Origin: Pseudomonadota bacterium
Lineage (GTDB): Bacteria; Pseudomonadota; Gammaproteobacteria; Burkholderiales; Burkholderiaceae_C
Direction: 5' to 3'
Assembly: GCA_040389925.1 (NCBI GenBank)
Contig: JAZJZJ010000110.1
Location: forward strand, 24,504 to 88,503
Length of the DNA: 64,000 nucleotides
Below, one piece after another: positions 36,080-47,797 of the stretch; position 1 is the stretch's first letter, and every line of letters starts with the position of its first letter. A program made the position numbers and the translations under genes. The notes under the pieces were generated by a model. The model did not search any database. It had not been told where the DNA came from and worked only from the letters and a program-made list of their open reading frames with translations.

Positions 36080-38530
36080 TCACTCGACGCGGTGCAGAAC
36101 AATGCTGCTGCCGGTCGCGCCCGAGCCCGTCATCTCGACCACATCCGCCCAGCCGTCGATGCGCCAGCGGTGCACGCCGCCATGCGTCGACTCGTCGTTG
36201 TGATACAGGTACAGGCGTGAACCGTCGCGGACCAGGGTCGGACTGAAGGCGTTGCCGCTCAGGCCGGCCTGCGATGGCGACGCAGGGCGGGTCGATGGCT
36301 GCCCGAACTGACCCAGGAACAGCCCGCTCTCGTCGAAGTGCATGAACTGGTTGGCCTGCCCGATCTTGCCGGTCTGCAGATCCTTGTAGAACTCGCCGTG
36401 GAACCCGTAGACGATGTGGCGTCCGCTGGTCCAGACCGAGTTGCCACCGTAGGTGATCGAGCGATCGATCGCCTTGGTCTGGAAGCTGCCCTTGGCGTCC
36501 AGCGGGCCGCTCGGGCTGGCTTGCCAGAGCCAGCCGCTGCCACCCGGCGCCGCAGCGCCGAGATGAAAGCCTTCGTTGCCGGTGACCGACTGGTCGAAGA
36601 AGACGATCTTGCCCGATCCGGTCGTCGGGAATCGCGGGGGCATGCCGCTGAATGCGCCGCGGTAGAAGGGTGAGCCTGGGAGTATCGGTACCGTCGCCAG
36701 TTTGACCGGTTCGGCCGACCACACGGGGTCGTTGGCGTTGTCGAAGCCGGACAGTGCCAGGCGCATCACCGATTGCGTGCCAGGCCCCGTCATGGCGTAG
36801 CCGAGGTCGCCGTTCTCGTACAAGACCTTGGCTGTCGTTCGCGGTGCGGCCGGAGCCAGCACCTTCACCGGGCGCAGCGGGCCCGACGCCGGCAACTCGA
36901 CGACCACCTGCCGGCCCTGTGCCGCCACGATGCCGTAGGTGCGGCCGTTGGACAGCGTCTCCACCGAGGTGAAGCCACCGAATGCGCCGTTGAAGGCGCG
37001 GTCGTCGACCAGCGAGGCCGGCAGGCCCGCGAGCCAGTTGCGGGCCAGCGTCCACGATCGACCCGGCAGCAGCGGGGCCGCGTTGTCGACATCGAACTCG
37101 AGAAAATTGGCGAACACGCGACGCGGGTGGCCATGGTCAAGCGTCGATGTGTAGACAGCGGGGAGGTAGGCCAGTTGCGCGTCGCTTTGCGCTGGTGGCT
37201 TGGCATCCGTGCGGAACCTCAGCATGCGATTGTTGCAGTAGTCGACGACCCACAGCGTCGCGTCGGCAGCCACCGCGATCGCGGTTTGTTCGCGCCCCTC
37301 GCGGGCCCGGAAGCACAGTTTGTCGGGGGCCACGAGCGGATCGTTCGCGTAGCCCCCGCGCCGGCCGATCACCCCAACAACTCGTCCCCGGCGGTCGAAG
37401 CGCTTGACCTGCTGGCTCGGCCCGCCGTCGGCAACCCAGACCGTGTCGTCGTCCACCGGACTTGTCGCCAGCGCCACCGGTCGGTCCAGGCTGCCGAGCG
37501 TCGCCGCGATCCTCGGGATGCGGTCCAGATCCGTGTAGCGCAACACGGTGTTGCCGGAGATAACCCACAGGTCACCGGCGGGTGTCATCGCCAGTTGATT
37601 GAGGGCCTTCGCGGCCAGGGGAACGGCGATCTCGCGCATCGGTTCGCCGCTGGTCTTGTCGAACAAGCGGATCAGGTTTTGCGCGCCATGGGCCACCGCA
37701 AGCACGCGGCCGTGACGCTGCACCGCCAGCCCGGTAGGCGTCTGTGACGCGTCGGTCTGCAAGTCGGCAACGCCCTGGTATGCATGACCCTCGTAGCACT
37801 GGCTGGTGTTCGGTCGAACGTTCAGGCACACCGATCGGCCAGCCGGGAACGCAACCGGCTTTGCACTCTGCAGATCGAAGGCGCCGATGAAGCTGGTGCG
37901 TGACAGCCCGCCGGTGTTGGCCCAGTACAGCCGCGTGGTGTCGGCCGCGATCATCGAGTACGCGGTGAAAGGATCGGTCGACGCGAACGGCTGGATGTCG
38001 TGTTGCGGTGCCGACAACAAGAACCCATGCAGCCCGGGCTGCCCTTCGTTGTAGCCGACCGCGTAGTAGGCACGCGTGCCCACGATGGCCACATCGGTCG
38101 GTGGTGCGAAAGACTTGTGCACTTGCGGCCCTCCGAAGTCGAGGGAGCTGTTGCCGATCACGCCCTCCCAGACGTGGCTCAGCTGATGGTGCACCAGCTT
38201 GATCTGGTAGTGGCCTTCGGCGACAAGGCTCCCGCTATCGTCGCGCTCGTCCCATGTCTTCTCGTGCTCGCCGCGCGCCAGCGCTTCGGAGCGCCACAGC
38301 GTGCGAATCAGCTGTCCCTGGTCGTTGTAGACGCCCGCGCTCGTCGTCGCGGGGCGCGGCAACAGGAAGCGCCACTGCGTCAGGCGGGGCGCCGCGGCCG
38401 AGGGGGTGGCAAGCGTCGGGTCGGGGGCCGCACTGCCGTCCTGCGCGATCGCTGTGTTGGCCGACGCCAGCAGCGCGGCCCAAGCAAGCACCCAGCACCG
38501 TGCCGGAAGGTGCGACCTGAATGCGTGCAT
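36080..38530 (-). CDS. Secreted protein with FlgD-type Ig domain and NHL-like beta-propeller
   Basis: Signal ending AIA; TSAGVYNDQGQLIRTLW..WDERDDSG (FlgD Ig-like); repeated WVAD/WVVD propeller blades. Confidence 0.72.
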   Translation of the reverse strand: MHAFRSHLPARCWVLAWAALLASANTAIAQDGSAAPDPTLATPSAAAPRLTQWRFLLPRPATTSAGVYNDQGQLIRTLWRSEALARGEHEKTWDERDDSGSLVAEGHYQIKLVHHQLSHVWEGVIGNSSLDFGGPQVHKSFAPPTDVAIVGTRAYYAVGYNEGQPGLHGFLLSAPQHDIQPFASTDPFTAYSMIAADTTRLYWANTGGLSRTSFIGAFDLQSAKPVAFPAGRSVCLNVRPNTSQCYEGHAYQGVADLQTDASQTPTGLAVQRHGRVLAVAHGAQNLIRLFDKTSGEPMREIAVPLAAKALNQLAMTPAGDLWVISGNTVLRYTDLDRIPRIAATLGSLDRPVALATSPVDDDTVWVADGGPSQQVKRFDRRGRVVGVIGRRGGYANDPLVAPDKLCFRAREGREQTAIAVAADATLWVVDYCNNRMLRFRTDAKPPAQSDAQLAYLPAVYTSTLDHGHPRRVFANFLEFDVDNAAPLLPGRSWTLARNWLAGLPASLVDDRAFNGAFGGFTSVETLSNGRTYGIVAAQGRQVVVELPASGPLRPVKVLAPAAPRTTAKVLYENGDLGYAMTGPGTQSVMRLALSGFDNANDPVWSAEPVKLATVPILPGSPFYRGAFSGMPPRFPTTGSGKIVFFDQSVTGNEGFHLGAAAPGGSGWLWQASPSGPLDAKGSFQTKAIDRSITYGGNSVWTSGRHIVYGFHGEFYKDLQTGKIGQANQFMHFDESGLFLGQFGQPSTRPASPSQAGLSGNAFSPTLVRDGSRLYLYHNDESTHGGVHRWRIDGWADVVEMTGSGATGSSIVLHRVE

Positions 38531-39822
38531 CAAGCCCGTTTCCCGGCCACGCGCAGGCCGGCCAGCATTTGGCGCGCCTTGGTCGTGTAATTGCTCCAGC
38601 CGAACTCGCAGGCGCGCAGCGCGGCCTGGCGTCCCATCTCGACGCGCAGCTCGGGGCGCCGATAAAGGTGTTCGAGCCGATCGCAGACGGCGTCTTCGTC
38701 GCGCTCGGGAATCACGAAACCGTCGATGCCGTCGCGCACGATGTCGGCCGGGCCGTTGGCGGTCACGATCACCGGCAGGCCGCAGGCCATTGCTTCGAGC
38801 ACCACCAGGGGCATGCCCTCGATCAGGGTCGGGAACACGAAGGCGTCGGCCTCCCGGTACATCGCCGCCAGCGCGGGTCGAGTCTGGTGCGCGACATGCC
38901 TGAACAGGTCGGCATGAGGTCGCAGCGGGGCGTCGCCGCCCACCAGGCTGCCCACCAGCGTGAGCCGGGTGTCGTGCCGCGCGAACTTGCGATAGCCGCG
39001 CAGCAGGTAGGACAGGCCCTTGCGCTGTGTCAGCTGGCCTGCATAGATCACGTCGAAGCCGTCGGATCGGGTCCGGGCGGGACCCGGGGTGAAGGTCTGC
39101 AGGTCCACGCCGTACGGAACGACCTGCATCCTGGCGCGATCGACGCCTTGCGCCACGAAGCTGTCGCTCGCGTACGTCGAGCCCACGAGCACCGCGTCGG
39201 CGGTCCGGATCTCTTCGTCCAGGCGCTCTTCGTGGCCGGCCGGCCAGTCGTCGAAGTCCGGCCAGGTGATCGCGAATTCGGGCTCGCGCTCATTCTCTTC
39301 GAGCCGGACCCTGCGCCGCTGGCGGTGGTGGGCGACCGGGTAGTTGAGCACCGTGGAGCGCCCGCCCAGGGCCTTGGCCGCTTCGAATGCCGGCAGTGCG
39401 AAACCTTCATAGGCAACGACACATTCGGCGTGCTCCAGGTGGCGACAGGCCGTGCGCGCAACCGCGTCGCGCACCGACATGTAGAGCCGGTGGCTCAGGC
39501 GGTGGCGCGTGGCGGGTGGCAGCGCGTGCAGGCGCCCGATCGCGGCGGCGCACATGTCGGGCAACACGCCCGCTTCGTGGGTCAATGCGGCGAGGGTGGG
39601 GTCGCTCATGCGGCGCCGGCCGAACGTGCCGCTGTACAGGTGCCCGGCCAGCGGCAACGTCGCCAGTGCGCGCTCCCAGCCGCGCCCCTTGTTCACATAG
39701 GGCCGCACGTAGGCCTCGAGGGCGAAGCTGCCGGCCAGCGCCAGCGCCAACTGGTTCAGTTCGGGCGAGTTGAAGTTGACGACGAGCGTGCGTGGTTCTG
39801 GAGCGTCGAGCATCCCGCTCAT
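38530..39822 (-). CDS. GT4 glycosyltransferase
   Basis: YAGQLTQRKG and FVFPTLIEGMPLVVLEAMACGLP. Start placed at ATG 39822. Confidence 0.9.
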   Translation of the reverse strand: MSGMLDAPEPRTLVVNFNSPELNQLALALAGSFALEAYVRPYVNKGRGWERALATLPLAGHLYSGTFGRRRMSDPTLAALTHEAGVLPDMCAAAIGRLHALPPATRHRLSHRLYMSVRDAVARTACRHLEHAECVVAYEGFALPAFEAAKALGGRSTVLNYPVAHHRQRRRVRLEENEREPEFAITWPDFDDWPAGHEERLDEEIRTADAVLVGSTYASDSFVAQGVDRARMQVVPYGVDLQTFTPGPARTRSDGFDVIYAGQLTQRKGLSYLLRGYRKFARHDTRLTLVGSLVGGDAPLRPHADLFRHVAHQTRPALAAMYREADAFVFPTLIEGMPLVVLEAMACGLPVIVTANGPADIVRDGIDGFVIPERDEDAVCDRLEHLYRRPELRVEMGRQAALRACEFGWSNYTTKARQMLAGLRVAGKRA

Positions 39823-39889
39823 CGTAGTCAGGCTTTGTGACTGTTCGACACGCGTGACGAGGTTCGCCGAGCCGATATGTGTTGACGCC

Positions 39890-39901
39890 ATATTGCAATA
39901 T
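39890..39901. promoter_or_regulatory. AT-rich perfect palindrome, candidate operator
   Basis: ATATTGCAATAT in the divergent region between two GT4-led gene runs. Confidence 0.5.
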
Positions 39902-40088
39902 TTGGTGGCTACATTGGCTCGGCGTGATCGACATCGCATCGATGCGGATCATCAGTTTGCGGCGCCGCGACTGTGCCGCTCGCGGCGCTGCTGCGGTGCT
40001 GCTCCACAACACACATCAGGGAAGAAGAGGAAGGGCGCAGTTCATCGGTGCGCGGGCTCGACCCGTGCGTCGCGAAGGCGGCCGTGCC

Positions 40089-41120
40089 ATGAATGTCCTG
40101 TTTTGCTCGGTCCCATTTCGCCCATCGATCGGCGGCATCGAAACGGTCTCCGCGCTGCTGGCCGAGCGCTTCCAGCGTGCCGGGCACAGCGTGGTCGTGG
40201 TGACCCAAACCGCCAGCCCCGCCATCGACGCCGATGTCTTTCGGGTCGTGCGGCAACCCACGGCCGCGCAGCTGTTCGAGCTGGTGCGGCGCGCCGATGT
40301 CGTGTTTCACAACAACATCAGCCTGCGCTTCGCGTGGCCCCAGTTGCTACTGCGTCGGCCGTGGGTGGTGGCGCACCACACCTGGATTCCGCGCGTCGGG
40401 TGGGCCGCGCGCATCAAGCGCCGGGTGCTGCGGCTTGCGAGCCATGTCGCGGTGAGTCGCGCCATCGCCGAGAGCCTGCCGGTGCCCAGCATCGTCGTGC
40501 CCAATCCGTATGCCGACGACTTGTTCGTCCCCGTCGCTGGCGTGCCGCGTCGCGCTGAACTGGTGTTCGTCGGGCGCTTGGTCAGCGACAAGGGTGTCGA
40601 GCTCCTGCTCGATGCGCTGGCGCTGCTGGCGCAACGCGGCCGACGCATCGGCCTGACGTTGATCGGCGACGGCCCCGAAGCGCCGGCCTTGCGCCGCCAC
40701 GCCGAGGCGTCGGGCATTGCCGACCTGGTCGACTTCGCCGGTCGCCGCGTCGGGGCGGAGCTGGTCGCGGCGCTCAGCGCCCACCAAGTGCTGGTTGTGC
40801 CGTCGGTGTGGGAAGAGCCCTTCGGCGTCGTCGCACTCGAAGCGATGGGCTGCGGCTGTGTGCCGCTGGTGGCGCGCAGTGGCGGCTTGCCCGACGCGGT
40901 CGGCGCCTGTGGCCTGGTCGTGCCGCGCGGCGACCGCGAAGCGCTCGCGAACGGGATCGCCGAGCTGATCGGGAACGCCACGGCGCTCGAGCGCTACCGG
41001 GCCGGCGCGGCCGCCCACCTGGAACGCCACAGCCGCGACCGGGTCGCGCGCGACTACCTGCAGGTCATCGCCGATGCCCACCGCACGCATGCCACGCAGA
41101 GCACAGCGCGCGTCGCCTGA
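40089..41120 (+). CDS. GT4 glycosyltransferase
   Basis: PSIGGIET, FVGRLVSDKG, and PSVWEEPFGVVALEAM. Confidence 0.92.
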   Translation: MNVLFCSVPFRPSIGGIETVSALLAERFQRAGHSVVVVTQTASPAIDADVFRVVRQPTAAQLFELVRRADVVFHNNISLRFAWPQLLLRRPWVVAHHTWIPRVGWAARIKRRVLRLASHVAVSRAIAESLPVPSIVVPNPYADDLFVPVAGVPRRAELVFVGRLVSDKGVELLLDALALLAQRGRRIGLTLIGDGPEAPALRRHAEASGIADLVDFAGRRVGAELVAALSAHQVLVVPSVWEEPFGVVALEAMGCGCVPLVARSGGLPDAVGACGLVVPRGDREALANGIAELIGNATALERYRAGAAAHLERHSRDRVARDYLQVIADAHRTHATQSTARVA

Positions 41121-41127
41121 TGCGGCC

Positions 41128-42636
41128 ATGACGCCCGCCGCGCGCGCGCCGCGCCTCGGTGCTGCGCCGCTCGGTGGCGTCAATGAGCACGCGCGCCGGC
41201 GGCTGGTCGCGCTGGTACTTGTCATCTACTTGCTCGCGATCTTCGAGGGCTCGATCCGGAAGTACGTGGTGCCGCAATTCGGCCAGTACGTTTTCTTCAT
41301 CCGGGATCCCTTCCTGATCTATGTCTACGTGCTGGCCACGCGCTTCGGCTTCTGGCCCCGCAACAACGGCTTGTTCAGGACCAGCCTGTTCATGTGCGGG
41401 TTCGGCCTGTTGCTCTTCGTGCTGCAGACCGGCATCGGGGGTGCCAGCGATACCCGGATCGTCCTGGGCGTCAACGGCTGGCGCAGCTACTGCCTGTACG
41501 TGCCGCTGGCATTCCTGATCGGCGAGCAGTTCAGGGCCGCCGACCTGGCTCGTTTTGCAAAGCTCACGCTTCTGCTGGCGGTGCCGATCGCCGTGCTGGT
41601 GAGCGTGCAGTTCGCGTCGCCGCCGGGCGCGGCCGTCAATGTCGGTGTTGCGGCCGAAGAAGAGCTTCAGTTCAAGAGTGTCGGCCTCGATCGGGAGCAC
41701 ATTCGGACCACCGGCCCGTTCACGTCGAACGTCGGCCAGCAGCAATTCGTGACGACCGCTTGCGCGTTCCTGCTCGCGCTGCTCCTGCTGCCTGCGTCCC
41801 GACGCGGGGTCGGCGTGACCCCGTTGATGGTCGCAGCCGCCGCAATCCTGACCTGCGTGGCGCTCGGCGGCAGCCGCGGCACCACGCTGCAGTGCGCGAT
41901 GAACGTCGGGTTCGCGCTGGTGATCGGCTTGATCGGTCGCGGTGCGGCGTTGAAGGCCAAGGCGCTGGCGCTTCCGCTGTCGCTGTCCGCAGCGGCGATC
42001 GTGCTGTATCCGATCGTCTTTCCCACGGGTTTCATGACCTTCATGGCGCGGTGGGAGGGTGCCGCCCGCTCCGAGGCCGCCTTCGAAGGCGGCGTATTCG
42101 GCCGCGCGCTGTACGGTTTCATCGATTTCGTCCGGCTGGTCGACGTGGTTCCGGCGCTGGGCTATGGGTTGGGGTACGGCAGCAATGCGAGCATCACGCT
42201 GCGCGCCGAGGTGGATGGGGTGATGCCGGGCTTTCTCGCCGAAACGGACTTCTCGCGCCACATGGTCGACCTCGGCCCGGCGTTCGGCCTGTGCTACATC
42301 GCGTTTCGCGTTGCGCTGGTGATCTGGCTGGCGCGTCGAGTGCTGACGGCCACCCGCAGCGTGGCCGACCCGCTGCCGATGATGTTGTTCGCGTATGCCG
42401 GATTCGTCTTGCTCTCCGGGCAGATCACCGGGAACGGGACGGTCAACATCTACGGCTGGCTGTTCGCGGGGTTTTGCATGGCAGCCACCCGCGTCGCGCT
42501 GGTTTCGGCACGCGCACCCGCCGTGCCACTGGTCAGGGCACCAGCACCCACCCGGCGGCGTTTGCCGGCACGGCGTTCCCAACCGAATCGTTCCTCGACA
42601 CCACACGGCTTCGGCACGCCCAAGGCTGGTCGCTGA
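41128..42636 (+). CDS. Probable Wzy-type polysaccharide polymerase / ligase-like membrane protein
   Basis: About 11-12 TM segments, R-x-x-G-P-F loop, GGSRG, and GYGLGYG in a large loop, within a GT cluster. Confidence 0.7.
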   Translation: MTPAARAPRLGAAPLGGVNEHARRRLVALVLVIYLLAIFEGSIRKYVVPQFGQYVFFIRDPFLIYVYVLATRFGFWPRNNGLFRTSLFMCGFGLLLFVLQTGIGGASDTRIVLGVNGWRSYCLYVPLAFLIGEQFRAADLARFAKLTLLLAVPIAVLVSVQFASPPGAAVNVGVAAEEELQFKSVGLDREHIRTTGPFTSNVGQQQFVTTACAFLLALLLLPASRRGVGVTPLMVAAAAILTCVALGGSRGTTLQCAMNVGFALVIGLIGRGAALKAKALALPLSLSAAAIVLYPIVFPTGFMTFMARWEGAARSEAAFEGGVFGRALYGFIDFVRLVDVVPALGYGLGYGSNASITLRAEVDGVMPGFLAETDFSRHMVDLGPAFGLCYIAFRVALVIWLARRVLTATRSVADPLPMMLFAYAGFVLLSGQITGNGTVNIYGWLFAGFCMAATRVALVSARAPAVPLVRAPAPTRRRLPARRSQPNRSSTPHGFGTPKAGR

Positions 42637-42677
42637 GGGTCAATCCTTCCTTCCTCGAATTCAAGAATGAGCATGCA

Positions 42678-43619
<942 letters not shown>

Positions 43620-43629
43620 GCCCGGATCG

Positions 43630-44553
43630 ATGGACTTGCTGCACAAGCGCGCCGAACCGGCCAAGGCGCCCGAACCGATCGTCAGCCACGAGGGCGCGGC
43701 CGCGCGTGCGCCACTGCCCGGGCGCCTTGGCGTGATCGTGCTGACGCACAACTCCGCCAACGTGATCGAGCGCACTGTGCGCGCGGCGCTCGAACTCAGC
43801 CGCTCCGTGTTCGTTGTCGATTCGGGCTCCAGCGACGACACCGTCGCGCTGATCACTGCGCTCGGTTGTCACGTGGTGCATCGCCCGTTCAAGCACTACG
43901 CCGACCAACGCAACTGGGCCATCGACGAGTTCGGTCACCGCACCGAGTGGCAGCTCCACCTCGATGCCGATGAGGTGCTGGATGCACTGGCGATCGCCGA
44001 AATCAGACGCGTGCTGGCGGCCCCGAACGGTGCGACCGGATTCATCTTCAGGCGCCGCACCTACTTTCTCGGGCGCGCGCTGCGATTCGGGGGCAACGAC
44101 AACTTCCACCTGCGGCTGTTCAAGTCGGGCACCGCGCGCTGCGAAGACCGGCTCTACGACCAGCACTTCGTCTCCGACCGGCCCGGGGTGCGAGTGGGCG
44201 GCCTGCTGCACGACATGAACGTCGGCAGCCTGACCGAATGGACCGCGCGCCACAACCGCTGGAGCGACATGGAAGCGGCCGAGCTGCTGCGGCCGAACGC
44301 CGCCGGCGCCGGCCAGATCAAGGCTCGCCTGTCAAGCGACCCGCGCGAGCGTCGGCGGCTCTACAAGGGTCGCTACTACGAGGCGCCGCCGATCCTGCGG
44401 GCGATGTTGCTGTTCGTCTACCGATACCTGCTGCAGGGCGGCTTTCTGGACGGGCGCGCGGGCTTCTTCTACGCGTTCTTCCAGGTGCTGTGGTTTCGCA
44501 TGCTGGTGGACGCCAAGCTGCATGAGCAGCAACTTCAGGGTCCCCTGCCGTGA
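43630..44553 (+). CDS. GT2 glycosyltransferase
   Basis: VVDSGSSDDT, QRNWA, LDADE (DxD), and GGFLDGRAG. Confidence 0.92.
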   Translation: MDLLHKRAEPAKAPEPIVSHEGAAARAPLPGRLGVIVLTHNSANVIERTVRAALELSRSVFVVDSGSSDDTVALITALGCHVVHRPFKHYADQRNWAIDEFGHRTEWQLHLDADEVLDALAIAEIRRVLAAPNGATGFIFRRRTYFLGRALRFGGNDNFHLRLFKSGTARCEDRLYDQHFVSDRPGVRVGGLLHDMNVGSLTEWTARHNRWSDMEAAELLRPNAAGAGQIKARLSSDPRERRRLYKGRYYEAPPILRAMLLFVYRYLLQGGFLDGRAGFFYAFFQVLWFRMLVDAKLHEQQLQGPLP

Positions 44554-45830
44554 GCGCTCTGATCACGCGCTCGCGGCTGGCGCGGCTGGCCAGCTATGTC
44601 TCGGCGCAGATGGTGGTTCAACTTGTCGGCTTCGTGGCGGGCATCGTGCTGGTACGCCAGATGGAACAGACCCAGTACGGCTACTACGCGTTGGCGATCA
44701 GCATGGTCGGCGTGGCGAACGTGTTGCTGGACCTGGGATTGGGCACTGCCGTTCTCGCGATCGGCGGCAGGTCGACGGGAGCATCGAATCGCCTCGCCGG
44801 ACTGGTCGGCGATGCCTTCTCATTTCAGCGCCAGCTGGCAGTTGGCGGCACCGTCGTGCTGTTGCCGGTGTTTGCGGCCATGTTCGCAGGGCAGGGCATG
44901 ACGACGGCGAATGTGATCGCCCTGTCGCTGCTGGCGATCACGTGCAGCGTCTTCAATGCACGCAATCAGGTCGCACTGTCTGTCGTCCGGCTGCAAGGGA
45001 ACCTAGCGCTCCAGCAGCGTCTGGAAATCGCTGTCAACGTGGGCAAGCTCCTCCTGGTGCTGGCTGCGGCGCTGGTCTACATCGACTCGCGCGTCGCCGT
45101 CGCTGTGAACCTTGTCGCGGCAGTGGTGATGTGTGTTCTTCTGCACAACTACCTGACGAGTCACATCGGTGCGTCGGGACAGGCTGCGCATGAGCACGAC
45201 GGGCCGCTGCGCAGTTTCGTGCGGCAGCAGGCACCCAATTCGCTGTACTACTGCGCCAGCGGGCAAATCGCGATCTGGCTTGTCGGCCTGCAAGGCCACA
45301 CCGACCGGGTCGCTGAAGTCGGCGCACTCGGTCGCCTTGCGCTGGTCTTCACGCTGATCGGCGCCGTGGTCGCTGCATTGGTGCAGCCTTACTTCGCACG
45401 GGCGACTGCGCGCCGGGAACTCATCGGCGGTTTCCTGGCGCTGAACGGATTCTTCGGTCTGCTGACGGCCCTGCTCACCGGCTTCGCGGCCGTTCTGCCG
45501 GGTGTGATGCTGTGGATCCTCGGACCTCGCTACGACACATTGACGCGGGAGCTGATCTGGATGGTGCTTTCGGCGTCGCTTGCGGCGTGGTCGGGGGCGG
45601 TCTATTCCGTCGGCGCGGCGCGTGGATGGGTGGTGCCGAGTTATCTCGTCCTGACATTGGGAATCGGCACTCTGGCCACGGCGGTTTGGCTCATCGATGT
45701 CTCTACCGTCATCGGCAGTTTCATGATGAACACTGCATCCGCTGCCGTCGCGACCTTGCTCGTGATGGTTTTCGTGGGCGGCAAGCTGCGCCGTCTGACT
45801 CGTACAGGCTCGGAAGGAGGCAAGCCGTGA
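44550..45830 (+). CDS. Wzx-like flippase
   Basis: About 12 TM segments, QYGYYALA..LLDLGL pattern. GTG start overlaps the GT2 stop. Confidence 0.78.
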   Translation: MSALITRSRLARLASYVSAQMVVQLVGFVAGIVLVRQMEQTQYGYYALAISMVGVANVLLDLGLGTAVLAIGGRSTGASNRLAGLVGDAFSFQRQLAVGGTVVLLPVFAAMFAGQGMTTANVIALSLLAITCSVFNARNQVALSVVRLQGNLALQQRLEIAVNVGKLLLVLAAALVYIDSRVAVAVNLVAAVVMCVLLHNYLTSHIGASGQAAHEHDGPLRSFVRQQAPNSLYYCASGQIAIWLVGLQGHTDRVAEVGALGRLALVFTLIGAVVAALVQPYFARATARRELIGGFLALNGFFGLLTALLTGFAAVLPGVMLWILGPRYDTLTRELIWMVLSASLAAWSGAVYSVGAARGWVVPSYLVLTLGIGTLATAVWLIDVSTVIGSFMMNTASAAVATLLVMVFVGGKLRRLTRTGSEGGKP

Positions 45831-46822
45831 GAATGCCGGATGCGTCAATGGCGAGCGTCGGACGATCGGCACCTGACCGTGTCGATGGTCCGTGCCCGGC
45901 GTGCGGGGCACTCGATGTCGAGACCGTGGAGCTTTGGCCGTTGCGCGAGCAACACCTCGCGTACTGCAGCGGCAATGCAGAAGTCGCCCGATTGCTCGAG
46001 CAACACCATGGTCATCCCATCGACGCCTACAGGATGCTGCAATGCAGCTGCTGCCGTCTGGAGTTTGCTCACCCCCCGCTGGCGCCCTCGGTCGAATGGT
46101 ATTCGGCGCTCTACACGCACCTCGATCTTTACCCGACGCAGCGATGGGAGTATGCGGTCGTGGCCGATGCGCTGGCACCGGCCGACGCGGTCGTCGACTA
46201 CGGCTGTGGCAGCGGGAACTTTCTCTTGTCGGTTCGGGAACGAGTTCGCCATACCTTCGGCTTCGACTTCTCGTCCGAAGGCGTCGCACAGGCCCGGCGC
46301 CAGGGTCTGGACGTGAGCTTGATGGACCTTGATGGCGGCGTCGAAGGTGCGGGGCTTCCAGTCGCCGCAGATCATGTGACGGCGTTCCATGTGCTCGAAC
46401 ATCTGACGCAGCCGCAAACCTTGTTCCGCTTCGCCAGCCGTGTGGCGAGACCGTCGGCACGGCTCTGGATTGCCGTGCCCAGCGACCGCCGCGCATCCCG
46501 GGTCTACGGCGAGCCCGATGCACTCGATGCGCCACCGCACCACCTGACGCGTTGGAGCGAATCCGCGCTGCGCGAGATCGGGCTGCGCTGCGGCTGGACG
46601 CTGGTCCGTCACGAATACGAACCGCTGTCGGAAAGTCTGCAGGTCTGGGAGGCCACGCGGCGATCGCCGCTGTACGGTCTGGTCGATCCGCCGAGCCGGC
46701 CTTTGCGGTGGCTGTATCGACGCACGCTCGCCGCCGGTGTCTGGGCCGGCGGGCGTCATCGCCGCACCAACGCCAGCGGCTTTTCAATGCTTGCCTGTTT
46801 TGCCCGCGTCGGAAGTTCATGA
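45827..46822 (+). CDS. Class I SAM-dependent methyltransferase with N-terminal Cys cluster
   Basis: GTG after AAGGAGG; CPAC..CSCC; VVDYGCGSG; FHVLEH; PPHH. Confidence 0.85.
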   Translation: MRMPDASMASVGRSAPDRVDGPCPACGALDVETVELWPLREQHLAYCSGNAEVARLLEQHHGHPIDAYRMLQCSCCRLEFAHPPLAPSVEWYSALYTHLDLYPTQRWEYAVVADALAPADAVVDYGCGSGNFLLSVRERVRHTFGFDFSSEGVAQARRQGLDVSLMDLDGGVEGAGLPVAADHVTAFHVLEHLTQPQTLFRFASRVARPSARLWIAVPSDRRASRVYGEPDALDAPPHHLTRWSESALREIGLRCGWTLVRHEYEPLSESLQVWEATRRSPLYGLVDPPSRPLRWLYRRTLAAGVWAGGRHRRTNASGFSMLACFARVGSS

Positions 46823-47784
46823 ACAGCGCCATTTGTACCCTCTTCGAAGGCAGCTACCACTATGGGGTGGCAGCGTTGGCGAACTCGCTGCACGGTGCAG
46901 GATTTCGGGGTTGCCTGTACGCCGGCTACCGCGGTGCGCTGCCCGCATGGGCGCGCGCGGCGCGGCCCTTGCCCGTGCCACCTTGGGCAGGAGCTTCGGT
47001 TTTGGAACTCGAGGGCAGCCTGAGCGTCGTCTTCCTGCCGCTGACCACCGAGTACCACCTCACCAACTACAAGCCCGAGTTCATGCTCGCGCTGCTCGAT
47101 GGCCCCGCGCGTGAAAGCGACGCCTTGTTCTATCTCGACCCCGACATCTGCGTCGTCGAACGCTGGCGCTACTTCGAAGACTGGGTCGGTTGCGGTGTCG
47201 CGTTGTGCGAGGACTTGAACTCGCCGCTGCCCGAACACCACCCACGCCGAGTGGGTTGGCGACGCTACTACGAGCCGCGGGGCCTGGCGCTGCACTTCCG
47301 CGCGGCCGAGTACGTCAACGGCGGCTTCGTCGGCGTGCGCACCCGGGACCGCTTGTTCCTCGACGCCTGGAAGCGGGCGATGGACCTGATGGCCGAGGAG
47401 ATCGGCTCGCTCGCGGCCGCCAAGGTCGGCCTCGGGCAGGCCTTCAAGTCGACCGGCTTCGCTGGCTGCTTCGACTGCAGCGACCAGGATGCGCTCAACG
47501 TGGCCGTCGAGGCCTGCGACGTCGCCGTGAGTGTGATCGGCCAGGAAGCGATGGCATTCAAGCCAGGCTCGGCGCTGCTGCCGCATGCGGTCGGGGCGGG
47601 CAAGCCGTGGCAGCGCACCTACCTGCGCGCGGCGCTGAGGGGGGTCGCCCCACGCCTGGCGGACAAGGCGTTCTGGGCCAACGCCGAAGCGCCCATCTCC
47701 GCCATTGGCAACCTGAAAACGGCCCTCAAACGCTTGGACATCGCCGCCGGCGCCGCGATCGGGCGCTTTCTGCGGCGTACCTGA
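46819..47784 (+). CDS. GT-A fold nucleotide-sugar transferase-like protein
   Basis: GVAALANSL, YKP, FYLDPDI (DxD), YVNGGF, DQDALN, a pattern resembling GT8-like enzymes. Confidence 0.65.
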   Translation: MNSAICTLFEGSYHYGVAALANSLHGAGFRGCLYAGYRGALPAWARAARPLPVPPWAGASVLELEGSLSVVFLPLTTEYHLTNYKPEFMLALLDGPARESDALFYLDPDICVVERWRYFEDWVGCGVALCEDLNSPLPEHHPRRVGWRRYYEPRGLALHFRAAEYVNGGFVGVRTRDRLFLDAWKRAMDLMAEEIGSLAAAKVGLGQAFKSTGFAGCFDCSDQDALNVAVEACDVAVSVIGQEAMAFKPGSALLPHAVGAGKPWQRTYLRAALRGVAPRLADKAFWANAEAPISAIGNLKTALKRLDIAAGAAIGRFLRRT

Positions 47785-47797
47785 CAAGGAGAACCAC

